The notes under the pieces are model-generated. The model saw only the letters and a list, made by a program, of their open reading frames with translations. It was not told the DNA's origin and did no database searches. The translations under genes and the position numbers were made by a program. A DNA stretch of 64,000 nt from Trichinella spiralis. Taxonomy: Eukaryota. Positions 39,731 through 52,900 of this stretch are shown here, in pieces. The DNA is taken from positions 374,487 through 438,486 of the forward strand of contig NW_003526943.1 of the NCBI RefSeq assembly GCF_000181795.1, written 5' to 3'. The number at the start of each line of letters is the position of its first letter. Positions within the stretch are counted from its first letter, which is position 1.

Positions 39731-42700
39731 TATCCACTACCTCACGTCCAATTTTCTTCACTCTACAGATAAAAATGCACATTTGCATATTCAAAAATGT
39801 AAGTTAGCAATCATCTTAAAAAATTAAGCTTATTTACTTTAATTACCTATTTAATTTAATTACCTTTCTAATAAATATAATCATTCACAATGGAAATCCA
39901 GTTACATAACCCGACAGATTTTATCGTCATAGTTGATAAAATAATTGATCTTGCATTTAAAAAAATTAAAGGACAGCTCCATTATTCAACGCATTAATGA
40001 AATTTCATTGACTGAAAATTTCATTTAAAATGTATTCTTATCTAATTAAATATCTTAATCCAGTCTGAGAATTAGCAAACTGTAAATAAAAACTGCCAAA
40101 CACGAATTACAAACTACAACTGGTACAGTAATTAATAAAATGTAAGTTTAATCATAAATACAGTATGTGAAACGAATTAAGAATTAAAATTACTTATTTT
40201 TGGCATATTTTACTGAATTCTTTGCATTAAAATAGTTATCTTGCATAAATTTCATTTCATAATTCAAGTAACTAATTATGTTAATTAAAGTTTAGACTGG
40301 ATAAAATTCTGGTATCGTCAGCCGTTAGTAAATCACTGATAAGCTTAACTGAATCGAAAATAACATAAATTGAAGCTTAAAATTTAATTTGAATTTAATA
40401 ATAAGATTTTATAGCATTTGCGCCTAATATGTTACGCTGTTATGATCTGGTGAGTTTCATATCGTATAAATATATTGACAATAAAAGTGAATGAAAATTA
40501 CTTTTAACATTTTTTTTCTTGTGTTCTTTATTAAAAACCTTTAATAAAATATATATATTTATTTAAGTTTCAGCAGTTAGCAAACAAAACAAAAATTAAA
40601 TGGCACTAGGAATTCAATGAATATTAATTTTATTTGCAAATGAATTTAAAAATAAACTCTGTAACTGAAAACTTTTACAGTCATTACTTAACAACAAACA
40701 GCTATATTTCTGTTTCTAAGGTTTATTTTTTAAGTGGATACAATGCAATAAATAATCCAGTTAGTCTTTATTAAAGTCAACTAAGTGTTTGACAGATAGC
40801 CGTGAACTTTCTCAGCTAGCTGCTATTTTATTCAAAATGCCCAAGCACCATAGAATTTGATGGAATGTTTGCTGTCTCATTCAAGAGGACACGTCCTTTC
40901 TTCACCTTCAACATGAGTGGCGACACGATGTCGACCTGGTTTCAAGACCGTCAATTCTTCTTCAGGAAACACAAACATTACAGTTTATCACTGACAGCTT
41001 TTACGAACTTGGCTTAACATTTTTTTTCCATTTCCCTATAATCATATTACAATACTTCATTTTCATTATGTTCTATAAACGCAAATTTAGGAGAAGAAAC
41101 CTAAAAATGCGAAATCCGCATATCAGCTATTCGCTAAAAGATTCGATATTCAATTCTATAAATATCCTACTGACATGTTGTTTTGCAAGTTGCAATTTTA
41201 TTTTAATAAGAAACATATGTAACTGCAATATATGTTTTGATTTCATGTTACCTTAGCCTTGAGAAATGCACATTTCTGCTTTTACTATCATCTGATTGCT
41301 GTCATGCACAAATTTAATCAGTCATTTAATAATTCATAATGGCTAAGCAACAATGGTCTGACAAGTATTAAAAAATTAAAATATCATTCGTTTTCATTTA
41401 AATTAAATGTAATATTACAACTGAATATTCATATAGAGATGCTTTGCTTAAATAAAAAATACAATAATCAAAAAGATATATTTTAAAAGATTCTTACAAT
41501 CGTTTATATGTTACATTTTGCATTTTTCTTTAAACTGTCTCTTGCAATAATTCATACATTTGTTTAATATTCGATAAAAAATTATTTGACATAAATTAAA
41601 AATTGAATTGCAACTAGGCATTATAGAAGTTGTACACTGCTATAAAAAGTAGTAATTAATTCATTCATCGATGAAAAATTTTTTCCTTATTCACTAAAAC
41701 TATGATAATTCTTGAATAATCTGAATAGCTAAAATGTAATTCTTGGTAAAGCATTTGGAAAATGAAATAGAATAAAAATTTTTAATTTAAATTTAAAGAC
41801 TAGCATTTATTTGAAATTCAGAAGTTAAAAATAGTTTCTAATCAAAAACTGCTTTTTACTTGAATAATTTATATATCTATTAATATTTTATGACAGTAAT
41901 CAGTAAATAACTTAATTTAATTTAAATGGTTGTGTTTGATGGTTTTATGATAAAAATACTGAATTATAATTGAATTTATTGTAAAATTATATTTAAATTA
42001 AATCAATGAATTATGTTTTCCACAAATGCTTCATAAATGAAACAAATGTAGAAAAATAAATAATTTCTTGTCGTCGTTTTAATGCCGTTTTGAAACTAAT
42101 CTACAAATTGATCTAACTGTTTATAATTTTCTTAAAAGCATAGTTGTATAAATAATTCAAAAAATAAATTCCTTAAATGCAATGAATATTTTTGTGAAAG
42201 CACCAATTGCAATTTTGCACATTTTCATATTTTGTTTGCAGTGAAAAATTATTGTTGTCCTTTTCACTTATTGATGCTCCATTAAGCAAGCAAGAAAAAT
42301 AAAGTGTTCTGTCAAATGAAGCAAAACTTGTAACGGTAGCATATTAAGTAAGTTAATAATAGAAATTACAATATTGCATAATTTTTCAAAGGTTTTTTCA
42401 GATCTACAAAATAGATACATTTTTGAAACTGTTTAACCTGAAAGTGTTAAACAGAGCATTGACTGTTTATTAACTGAAAATTGTAATTCAGTAAAAGAAA
42501 CTTTTAAACTTAAAAAAATTAGTAATTAAATAAAACAATGCCAGTGGCAAGAAAGCATGTTCCAATGAAGCATGATGTGACGATGTATTTTTCTTATTGT
42601 AATATATGCAGCTTTTACCATTTCCACATTCCTTCCAAATGCAAAGGTTGAAAACCATTACTTATCATTTATTTTTAATTTATGCAATATTATAATGTGA

Positions 42701-43316
42701 ACAATTATATATATTAAAAATTGTATTGTTTTTATTAAGAAAAATATTATATACACAAAAAACTAAAATTTATTTTATATATATTTGTGTATGGGTGGGT
42801 GGGTGGGAGTGTGATTTTTGAAAATACTTGCTAGTTTCAGCAGTTTGATTTGCAAATACAATCACAGGTTGATCAGGGTTATAGAATAAAGTTATAAAGT
42901 TATTTAAGAATTAGACCAGTTATTCTAGCATTTCTATGAGCATTAATAGGAAAGTAAATATTAATTTTTGGGGTGTTCCAAAATAATCTTATCATGTAAT
43001 GTGTCTGCAAACATTATTTGCTTCGTGAAAGCAATTTTATGATATTTTTAAATAAAATAAATATATATATAACATTAAGAAAAAAACATTTTTTGAAAAA
43101 TAAGAAAAAAAATGTTTTTAATATCAATGTAAATGACTGATTGTAATTTGTAAATAATTTAAGTTTAACACTTATAAATTTGATGAAAATGTGTGAAAAG
43201 TGAAAGTTTAAAGTGTTTTTTATAATAAAATAAAGATTTGTAATTAAAATTAATTGATCATGAATAAATCCGCTCAGTTGGCATTCCGATTGCCCAGAAA
43301 GATAAGAGTGCGATTA

Positions 43317-43332
43317 CAGCGCCACCAGGTAG
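43317..43332 (-). promoter_or_regulatory. CTCF-like motif upstream of the LMO7-like gene
   Basis: Minus strand reads CTACCTGGTGGCGCTG, matching 14 of 16 positions of a typical CTCF core CCACCAGGTGGCGCTG. It lies at the edge of a GC-richer promoter-like island (~43260-43800). Confidence 0.4.
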
Positions 43333-43922
43333 AACGAAAAATACTGGACGTATAGTTAGTCCGGAAAATTTCTGTCAGCCAATCAAATTTTGAGCAGAGA
43401 TTGTTTAGCTAAAGGTGAACCATAACAGAAAGGGAGAAAGAAAGAGAAAGGGAGAGAGAGAGATGAAAGTAGAAAAAGGGAGAGTGCGTTAGCCGACCGT
43501 TGTGCATATAGCTGGGATTATAATTGACCGGACGAAATGACCACCTGTCAGGGACGCGGCCATAACGGCTCGCCAAACTAGCAGCTTTTTTCATTCGTCT
43601 GCAGGTCAGCTTTCGAAGCTTCAAAAGCACAGTATAATATTTTGTGTTCCGCCGTTGATCGGCCATTTCCGTCAGCAAGCTGTTTGTTTGTTTGACCAAC
43701 CGTCCTGACTGAGGGCAGCTTAGTTTCGCTTTTTTCCACCAGCTCTCTACCAACATTCTTCTGATTAGCTGCTAATCAACTGACCAAAAGCAAAATAAAC
43801 CAACAAGCATCATTTGGGCAATTTATCAATTTTTGAGCATAATATCTTTCAGCAACATATTTTTTTCACATTACATTTCATCTGTATGTTGCTTCGCTGA
43901 ATTTGTACATTGCAACTGAAAG

Positions 43923-46900
43923 ATGCTGACAGAAACACGCCTGTTGTCTGCAGAAATGAGACAACAGTCATCCGTAAATGACGACGAGCTTGAATTTTAC
44001 ATTGATATGGCAATCAATGAAACCCAACGTTGGCTTGAGGTCAGTAAGATTGTTTTTTTATTTTCCAATTTTTTCAAAATTTGCATGGATATCTTATGTA
44101 TGTTTTTACATATGCACATGCAGATGTACCTTTTTTCTATGCCGTTAGCCGCTTTTTGACTAAAGCAGATATGATAAAACAGGTTTCTCTACAGAAAGCC
44201 TCATCACCTGTCTACTCGCAGGTGTCGCATTTGAAAATTGGCAAGCTTTTGCTCTAGGTTTCCTCAAACTGGCGTTTTTGCTTTTTATTTGACAGTTCAA
44301 GGCAAACAAACTGTACAAGCGGTTTTTTGCTCTTTTACAAAAAATCAATGTATTTTATTCTTGGTCATAAAATGAAATTTTGTTTATTTTATTTTTTTAT
44401 TGTTTTATTATTCATAATACAAATCTGAATTATAGAAAAATAATAGAAATGCGTGCAAGCAACAGCAGCAAGCATAGCAGAACAGGCAGGCAGCATGTAA
44501 TGAAACATCAGAAACATTTCGCATTTATCAGCAAGGCTTTTTTTCGTTTGGTTTGAATTCAATAGATAGCAATAAGTGGATTGCTTTTAAAAAAGTCCAA
44601 TGTATCACTTTAAGACCAACAAAAAATTATCGCTATGTAAATCAAAAAGTTGCTAGCCAACCTTTTTTTAATTTCAAATGTTTCATTGTGGAAAAATATC
44701 TAAGATATAATATGATAATTTTAATAACATGCGTCTAAATGGGTATCCATTTTCAAATTTTACAAAAGTTTGAATTTAAAAATAATGAAAATTTCATAAA
44801 AAAATAAATGAAAGTGTTTTGTTTTTCAAATTTCTTATTCTTGATTAAACTTCTGAAGAGCAACCAATCAATTATTGTGCTTATTTGGAAAGTTCTCATA
44901 CAAGCATTATAGGCCAAAATTGCAATATATTATCATAGTAATAAGGAATTTAAAAAATTAAAATTTTACAAAATTGAAAGCTTTTCTGTATTCAAGTATT
45001 TGAATTTTGTAATATTTGTAATAATTTTACTTTTTAACATTGAAATATTGTTGAATTTGTGCTTTATATTAGATTGTAAATTTTGCAAAATTATAACTTA
45101 AAGAATTTTTGTTTCTATAAAACACGTTTAATTTTTGGCTAGATAATTATTTTAAAAAATTATAAAAAAGCTGAAACAGTAAATTTTGCTGCTATTGTGT
45201 CTTTGAATGAGATATAATTATTTTTTGTAATTGCTTGTATAATATCTGATGTGCATTTTTTGAATAGTTATTTCTGAACTTCTGCTAAGATAAGGGAGAA
45301 ATGAAAATTTACAAAATTATGTTTGGTATGAAAAAATGTGATCTGCTTCTACTGCTATGCTGGGATGTCAGTGCGATATTGACACGTTTATGTTCTTTTG
45401 ACCTGGGTAAACTGGACTTTTGACAGTGATTTTGTCACTTTTGGAAAAATTTATAGCACTCTAATGATACAACGCTGAGAACTTTCCATCTTCGCCCAGT
45501 GTGTTGTGGCGCCACTGCAAAAGAACATTTTCGGCTGGTTCCCAACCATTATCGTGATCATTGACTAGTTTTTCAGCATGATTCGGCAGAAAATCTTTTT
45601 TTTTATTTTTTTGGCCAAGTCAAGCCAACCCTGCTTCGGTGAACATGCAGAAAGAAGCGCAGGGTCAAGGGCGATATAGCTGGCAGTTGGCGTAGGCGGA
45701 GAAATAATTTGCCGGATATGGCCTCAAGCAAGCAGTGACTCGTTGCTACTTCATCAGAAGGGCGTTGGTTAATGTAAAATTTGCGTTTTCCTAACATACT
45801 GAGATAATCGACTTCTTTTATCAGTCTTTTATTTTATTTTTTACCAGGCTGTTTGAATTTTCATTTCCCATGATATGACTTATTTAGGAATTCATCATTT
45901 CCATCCTTAATTTCTGCACTTTACAAATTGAATTTATTTACAACAATGCTTCTTTTTTTAATTGTTTTTTAATTACCTTTATCCGTGTTTTCTTAAATTT
46001 GTTAAATATCTCAATTTTGCTTGCAACGAAGCTTTCGAATTCATATGACTATATTTAAATTTGGGTCAGGGTAGTGGAAAATGACATTCCGATTCGGTAC
46101 GAGAAAATTGTAAGTGCCTAAATTTGATCATATTGACAAGGTGTGATCTAAATCAATTGTTAACGCCTTACACGGTCTGTGGTTTAGAATAGCGTTACTT
46201 TATAATAGAAGCAATTTCGTCAGAGCAGCCATAATGAACAGTTCGCGGTTTTTAACCGTTTGCATCTTAAAACGCATGTGACTGCTAACTTGCAATTCAC
46301 CTTGATAAAATTGATGTTGTATTGATTGCGAAAGTCGCATATTTTTAAAATTGACTTTATATCATTTATTACAAAAGAGGCAAAGATTAAAAATGAATTT
46401 TGATTGATCATCCAACGTATTTATTGTTTTTTTATTATTGCATTATTGTATTTATGCAAAATGTAATGCTTCTTATTTATACAATGCTTATAATTACTGA
46501 AACAATAACTTTTCTGTTTCGATTTACTTGTAAAAACTTATTTTAATATGTAATAAAATTATATTATCAATATTGCTGGCATAAATATTTACAGTGGAAA
46601 GTAATACGTCATTTAACATTCTATAATTTGTTATTTTTAAATGATTCATTTTCTTATATTAATATTGATTTAGTTTACTTTGGAAACGTCGAAAAAAATC
46701 ATTTCAATGAATATTTTAAACTTTATTTATAGTTTGTAATAAGTTGAATTATATTAACTGATTCTTTAAAATTTTTAATACCTATTTACAAACTGCAGTA
46801 ACATTGCGAGCAGTAGGCATCATGAGAAGTTGAATTTTCAATGAGAATCATTTGAATTACTTTCCTCATTGGAGTTGCAATGATGAAATTTCAATATCAT

Positions 46901-49900
46901 CAAGAACTTCTTTTAGCAATGAACATCGAATAATGAATGCATTTTCCTAATATAGATCACGAAAGCTAGCCAATATGGAAAGTGCAGCTGTCGCAAGTAT
47001 GTGCATTTCTAGCAGCAGCTTCTGGGTTACTTGAAAGTCTTTAAGAGTCTTCTTACTTTCCTTATTCAAATACTTGCTTATAAAACAAGTTTAAATAATG
47101 ATTTCCGTAAAGTCTCTTTATTTTTATTTGAGAGGAAAACACATTTTAAAGAAGGATAGTCACAATTAGCTATTCTAATTTGCAAATAAAGACAGCACTC
47201 AATAATGCAGTGGTGTATATGAATAAAACCAGAAATTCTACGTTTTTTCAACATCTAAGTTTTAAGAATGACTTTCCAACAAAATATATTATTGTTTATG
47301 AAAAATAAAAACTAAATAAAATGAGAATTAAGCAAAAAAAAATTTTGATAATTTTTTTCTCATGATAAAATAAGCAGCTTGATCAGTTTCATATTATTTT
47401 GACTTTATTTTTTTCTTCCCTGCTGCACATATGTAAGATGTCGTTGACTGGTACGCATCTTTTTACTTGAAATTTTTTTCTTATCACTAAAATAATATGC
47501 GGATTTAAATTTAACTCTGTATTATATACCAATTCTTCTTTATACCTCTGGTATTTTTAACATTTAAACAAGTCAAAAGATTATAAAAGCATTAACAGTT
47601 ATTAAGCGGTATTCCAAGTTCTGATTGGCAAAAATTTTCCAATTTGAAACAGTTTCATTGTTTTATTTTGAATTTTGCTTAACACGTGCTAGAATACTAA
47701 TGATAAATTGAGACCGTAACGCTCATATTCACCTGTTGTTGCTACAGACAATAAAAACGAGTCTATAATTTTTGAAGTTGGCCTTCTTTGACAAAAAGTC
47801 TTCATTCAGCTGGAACACAATTTCTGAAGATTGTCATTGTTTAAAACAAGTCATTTATTTTTGTTTACGCCAAAATTTATGCCATAGTTATAAAATTTCA
47901 CTATTCTTAATTTTTGTAAAATTGCTTAAAAATTACTACTATTTCACACCGAGACTATATATATATATATAATTTGATGCGGTGCATTCATTGAATGCAT
48001 TAAAATTGACAACATTACAGTAAATAATAATAATAATAGCGCATGAGTTATGAATTGGAAAATATATTTCAGTATTGGTTTTTGAAATATCTTTCATTTA
48101 TGATATGAAACCATACAGAAAATGAATAGTTTTCCTGTACAATAAATCTTAGCACAGAATGTAATTGCAATTTTAAGATGGAGTGATTTTGAATAGCCTT
48201 AGTGAATTGACCTGTTCAAAAGTACTTCAAAGAATATTTATCTTGAAAATAAAAGAGAATCGCAGAAAGCCCGATTGCTATTGTATGTATCTTTGACCTT
48301 TCATTATGCAATTCCGTTGTTATGCTGGGAAACTGGCAAAGCAGCTGACAGCCATGTAATCAGTACAGGAAGCTACAACGACCTGAATAGCTTAATGAGA
48401 ATTTATTCGAATCTTAGTCTTTATAATCTCTAATTATTTTCCCTTAATAATTATAACAATTGCAATGTAAAAATTGTTTTACCGCTTCATTGTTTTTTTA
48501 TTGTTTTTCAGGCTTCTACACGAGAGCGATTTCTGGACGATGATGATTTCATATTTTCCTTGAGAAATGGATTTCAGCTGAGAAAGTAGTTACTTATTTT
48601 CAGTTAAAAAGTAAATTATTAATAAACTTCTTATTATTATTTTTACAGAATTGTAAACAAATTGATTCCTGGCAGCTTCTATATAGAAGATGACGTTGAA
48701 CATTTGGATGAAATGAAGAAACAAAATTTGCCTGATGGATTTAGCAAAATAAGCGAAGTATGGATCTTTTCTGTTTATTTATAATGTTGTACATTTTTAT
48801 TTTAACAAAATTCCGTTTATTCTAAGCCATGGAAAAATAAGAAAAATTGCAAATGAGATATATTATTTTGAATATATAACTTGTTCAAATTGCTTAAAAC
48901 ACAGGATAAATGCAAATCATTTTAAACAAATTTGGATTGAAACTTATTGACTAGAATTATAAAATTATAATTTTTTGCTTTTATGAAGTCGTACAATAAT
49001 ATTTCATAGAAGTGTATGAAAACAATAAAATTGTAATTATGCATACATATAGATATATTTTATAATTTTTTATTTCAGTTACATGAGGACATGTTAATAA
49101 TTGAACGAAAACTTTGGAATAGTCCGATAAACAATTAAGTTTAAACTGCACTGCTGTATGATTTTTACATTTCCCGGTATTTCAAAGTGCATTGTTTAAA
49201 GTCCTTAAAATTAGTAACTTTAAACAAATATCAATGCAATGACGCGATCAAACCAGGCTTTATTCGAACTTTTGCTGGCACGTCAGTTCCTCCTGATCGC
49301 TCCTGGTCGAGTACATTTTCTTCATTATTATTATTATTGTTGTTGTTGCTAAAATAGGTAGTGATATCTGAATACATTACATTTATACTTATGCGTTAAT
49401 TTATAATGTCAAAATCATTTTTTATTTTTATTTTTAGCCTTGGATCCAAACATTTTTTTGCCTCTGCGTTTCGAAATTGGGTATTCCAGAAGGGAATTTG
49501 TTCCATATTACAGATTTTGAAGAACACTTGTATAATTCTATCAGGTACGATAGCTAATATATAAATATATTAATTGCATATTCTATTCATTTTAAAGTAC
49601 ACAATGTAATGTCAAGTCATTTAAATGGCAGTTAACTATCTAAAAGGAATATCAGGTTCATTTTGCTTTTTTGAAACTCATTAAAATTATTTTTTATAAT
49701 TGTATAAATAGTATTAAAAATTGTTATTAAAATTATTTTAAAATAAAATTTAAAAATAAGATTTTTGTTATTGCTTTCCAATTTATTTTTTGTTTGAAAT
49801 AGGTATTATGTATACATTTTGTTTTTTTCTCTAATTTAAGGTGTTCTGACGGAACTTGCCAAGAAAATCAAAGTCGCATTTGCCGAGTAAGTAATTTTTG

Positions 49901-52900
49901 TCTTTTTTTCATATTTTAATTAAAATGGCTTTTCTTTTAAGCACTTGTCATTTTTTGAGATGAATATTTTCTTATAGTTATGAGAAAATATCACCTGACA
50001 TATATGCATATAATATATCTAATTAAATATGTATATAGATATAATTTACATTTATCATCATAATTGTAAAAAGTAGCCTTGTTGAAAGTAATAATTTTAA
50101 AACAACATACAGCTGACAGTTGAAATACTGCATGTGTGTAGTAGTTGATTGTCGAGCGGCTAATTAAGAAATTTCAAAAGTGTCGAAGACTCTTTGATGC
50201 AATGCAGGCGATGCTTCGTTCGTGTCATTGGCACGCGCTGTTTTAGCAAATGAACGTCACTTTTCGCGTTCATTTTACTCTTTGACCTGACTGACCAATG
50301 GTCTAGTCAAACTTTATTTGTGTGCAAAAGTATTTTCCGCCTATTCCACTCTAGCATCAAAATTATTCTTATATAAATATGTGCTGCACCTTGTAAATAT
50401 TGTTGAATTTTTGTTTGAATGATATTTTTCTATGTTTTATTAATCAGTTAATATTCTTTTTATAATCAGGTTGTCGTTACTGTGTACGAATTAGCATTAC
50501 TCTGCGAGAAATCCACTCGTTATACTGGTCCACGAATTGATCGAACTGCAGTAGAGCCATTAGTAGCTTACTACGTTGAAAATCGTTATATTAATACAAT
50601 GGATTCGAAACAAAATAAGAAACTCGAACAAGACAATGACAGGTTTGTTCATTTATTTTAATTTATTTAGTGAAAAAAAAAATATATATACATGGCTAAA
50701 TTAAAGTTGCTTCAGTGAAGTGTATAATAGAATATTAAATTTAGAATTTCATCATCAGCTTCATTAACTTACAAGCAACAAAATGTTATTTTTAAAAAAT
50801 TATGATTATTTTGAAAGTTAAATTTTAATAATTAATGATAAAATTTAATAATGCATTGCCTTTTGACTTTTCTGTCGCATTCCATGAAAGGCATAATGAG
50901 ACAATAAAAGAGATATAAAGATGCATAAAGGAGTTTTAAATCTGCCAGTTTTCAAATTTTATAATTAAATTTTTGTTTTCTGAAACTATTGACCTTAGCA
51001 TTCTTGACATTTTACTACTTTTATTGCCTAATTTTATCTTTAATATGTCCGCTTTTATGTTCAATTTTAGTTGTAAAGTTATACGCTTCAAAGTAGTGAT
51101 ATTTTGTAAGTGCATTAAATATCTACATCTGTACAATAAACTGTACACATTTCAGCAAAATACAAATGCAACAGTTATTGCGAAAATGTAAATTGATTTT
51201 TCTGAAAATTCCCAAAAAGTGTTCATTAAATGAATATCTCGTATTATGGAAATTTTTGGAATTATTTGCTTTATTTTTTTAATGATTTAACTTAAATTGT
51301 AATTAGTTGTCATTACATAATGAAAGAAAATTTTTGTTTTAAATTTAAACAGCATATACAAGTGTTGCAAATTTGAAAATAACTTTACTTTTTCCGTTAT
51401 CAGTTAATGTCTGATTTAATGGTGTGATATAAATGAAACATTAAAATATTAGCATCATTTACAGACAAAACAAATAAGTCATATTTCTTCAGAATAATGT
51501 ATTTTTCTTCTATATTTTACAGGAAAATTAACTTTAAGTCAAGTTTTACTGAGACATTTTGCGCCCATATTGCATTTGATCATATATCCAACTGTTTGCT
51601 TATCAGTCTGTAAGACAATGATTAATAATAAACAGTAGCTAGGCTTGCAGTCAGACTGCATTTTTTTCAGCCTCTGATTACTCTTCGATTCAGGCTTTTA
51701 TGTGCTTATAAGTTACGAAGAGGTCGTTTTATTTGCGAATGAACAGGTATTTAGAGATAAGAAACTTGACTTTTGTAGATTTTTCTGCACTGTTTTCATT
51801 GTGAAAAGTATATTATAAATCAATTCAAATTGATGAGCATGGATTACTGCATTTTAGCGTTGCAAACAACCCTGCAACAAATGAAATAACTGAAAGTGAA
51901 GAAAGTGGTTATGATAGCTCTGTGAAAGGCTTGATGAACCACAGTAAAGTACCATTGGCGCCCAAATCACTTCCAGCAGCTGTGAATCAGCTTGTTCATG
52001 AAAAAGTCAGAAAATATCTGACTGAACAAGTGGTAATTGGTGAGAGAAACGAAGATCAAATGTCTGAATGCCAGTTTTCCGACACTCTTCGGTCTCTGTC
52101 ACCAGAGGACTATTCACCACCGCCAAGCAGCGCTGGTACAAGTTACTGTACATCCAGAGATCATCACTACTATGGAATGGTTCAAAAAAATCCTTATCAG
52201 TTTTTGTCTTCAAGTCCTCCTCATTGTTCATTGAAAGAATATAGAAGATTATGGAAAATGAATGAAATGAAAATGAGGAAGTACAACGAGCAAAAATCTA
52301 AAAGGACGGTGAGTGTGCCATGCTTTTTCTTGAAATGCATCATAATTTTCATTTTTATCATTCTTAGTCATAATAATTAAATGACATGTCTATTCTAAGA
52401 TTGTAAAAAATTACTTTTGAGCATTTACTCCATTGTTCATTTTATGCTTTGTTTTTAACAAATCGAAAAATTGATTAATAACAGTTTGATATTTTCTCTC
52501 CTTGAAGATAGATAGTTAAATTAGTTTTATTTTTTGTTTTTAAAATTGGGAAATATTTTAAAATAAAAAATAATTATCTCATATATTCTGTAATTATATG
52601 CATTTTATGTACCTATCAGTACAAATCTTTCTTAATGATAATTTGAAAATTTTCATATTTACTTGAAATATTTTAATAGCTTGCAGTATTTTTTTGCAGT
52701 TTAGGAAGGTTATTTTTTAATTAAAATGTAGTTAGAAATCTCATTGTTACAATTTTAATTGCAGCTGCATATAGCAACTTGCTCACATTCAATGGGATGA
52801 GCAGGTTTTGTCAAATTTAGTCAAATTACATAAAATGATTGAGACATTTTCAATTTAAATTTGATAAAAATGAAATTATATTTTAAATTTTGCAATAAGA

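Noticed and set aside
40790..41015. Coding-like patch between WDR3 and the LMO7-like gene
   Set aside because: Stops in the frames examined and no family recognised; possibly a decayed fragment but not supportable.
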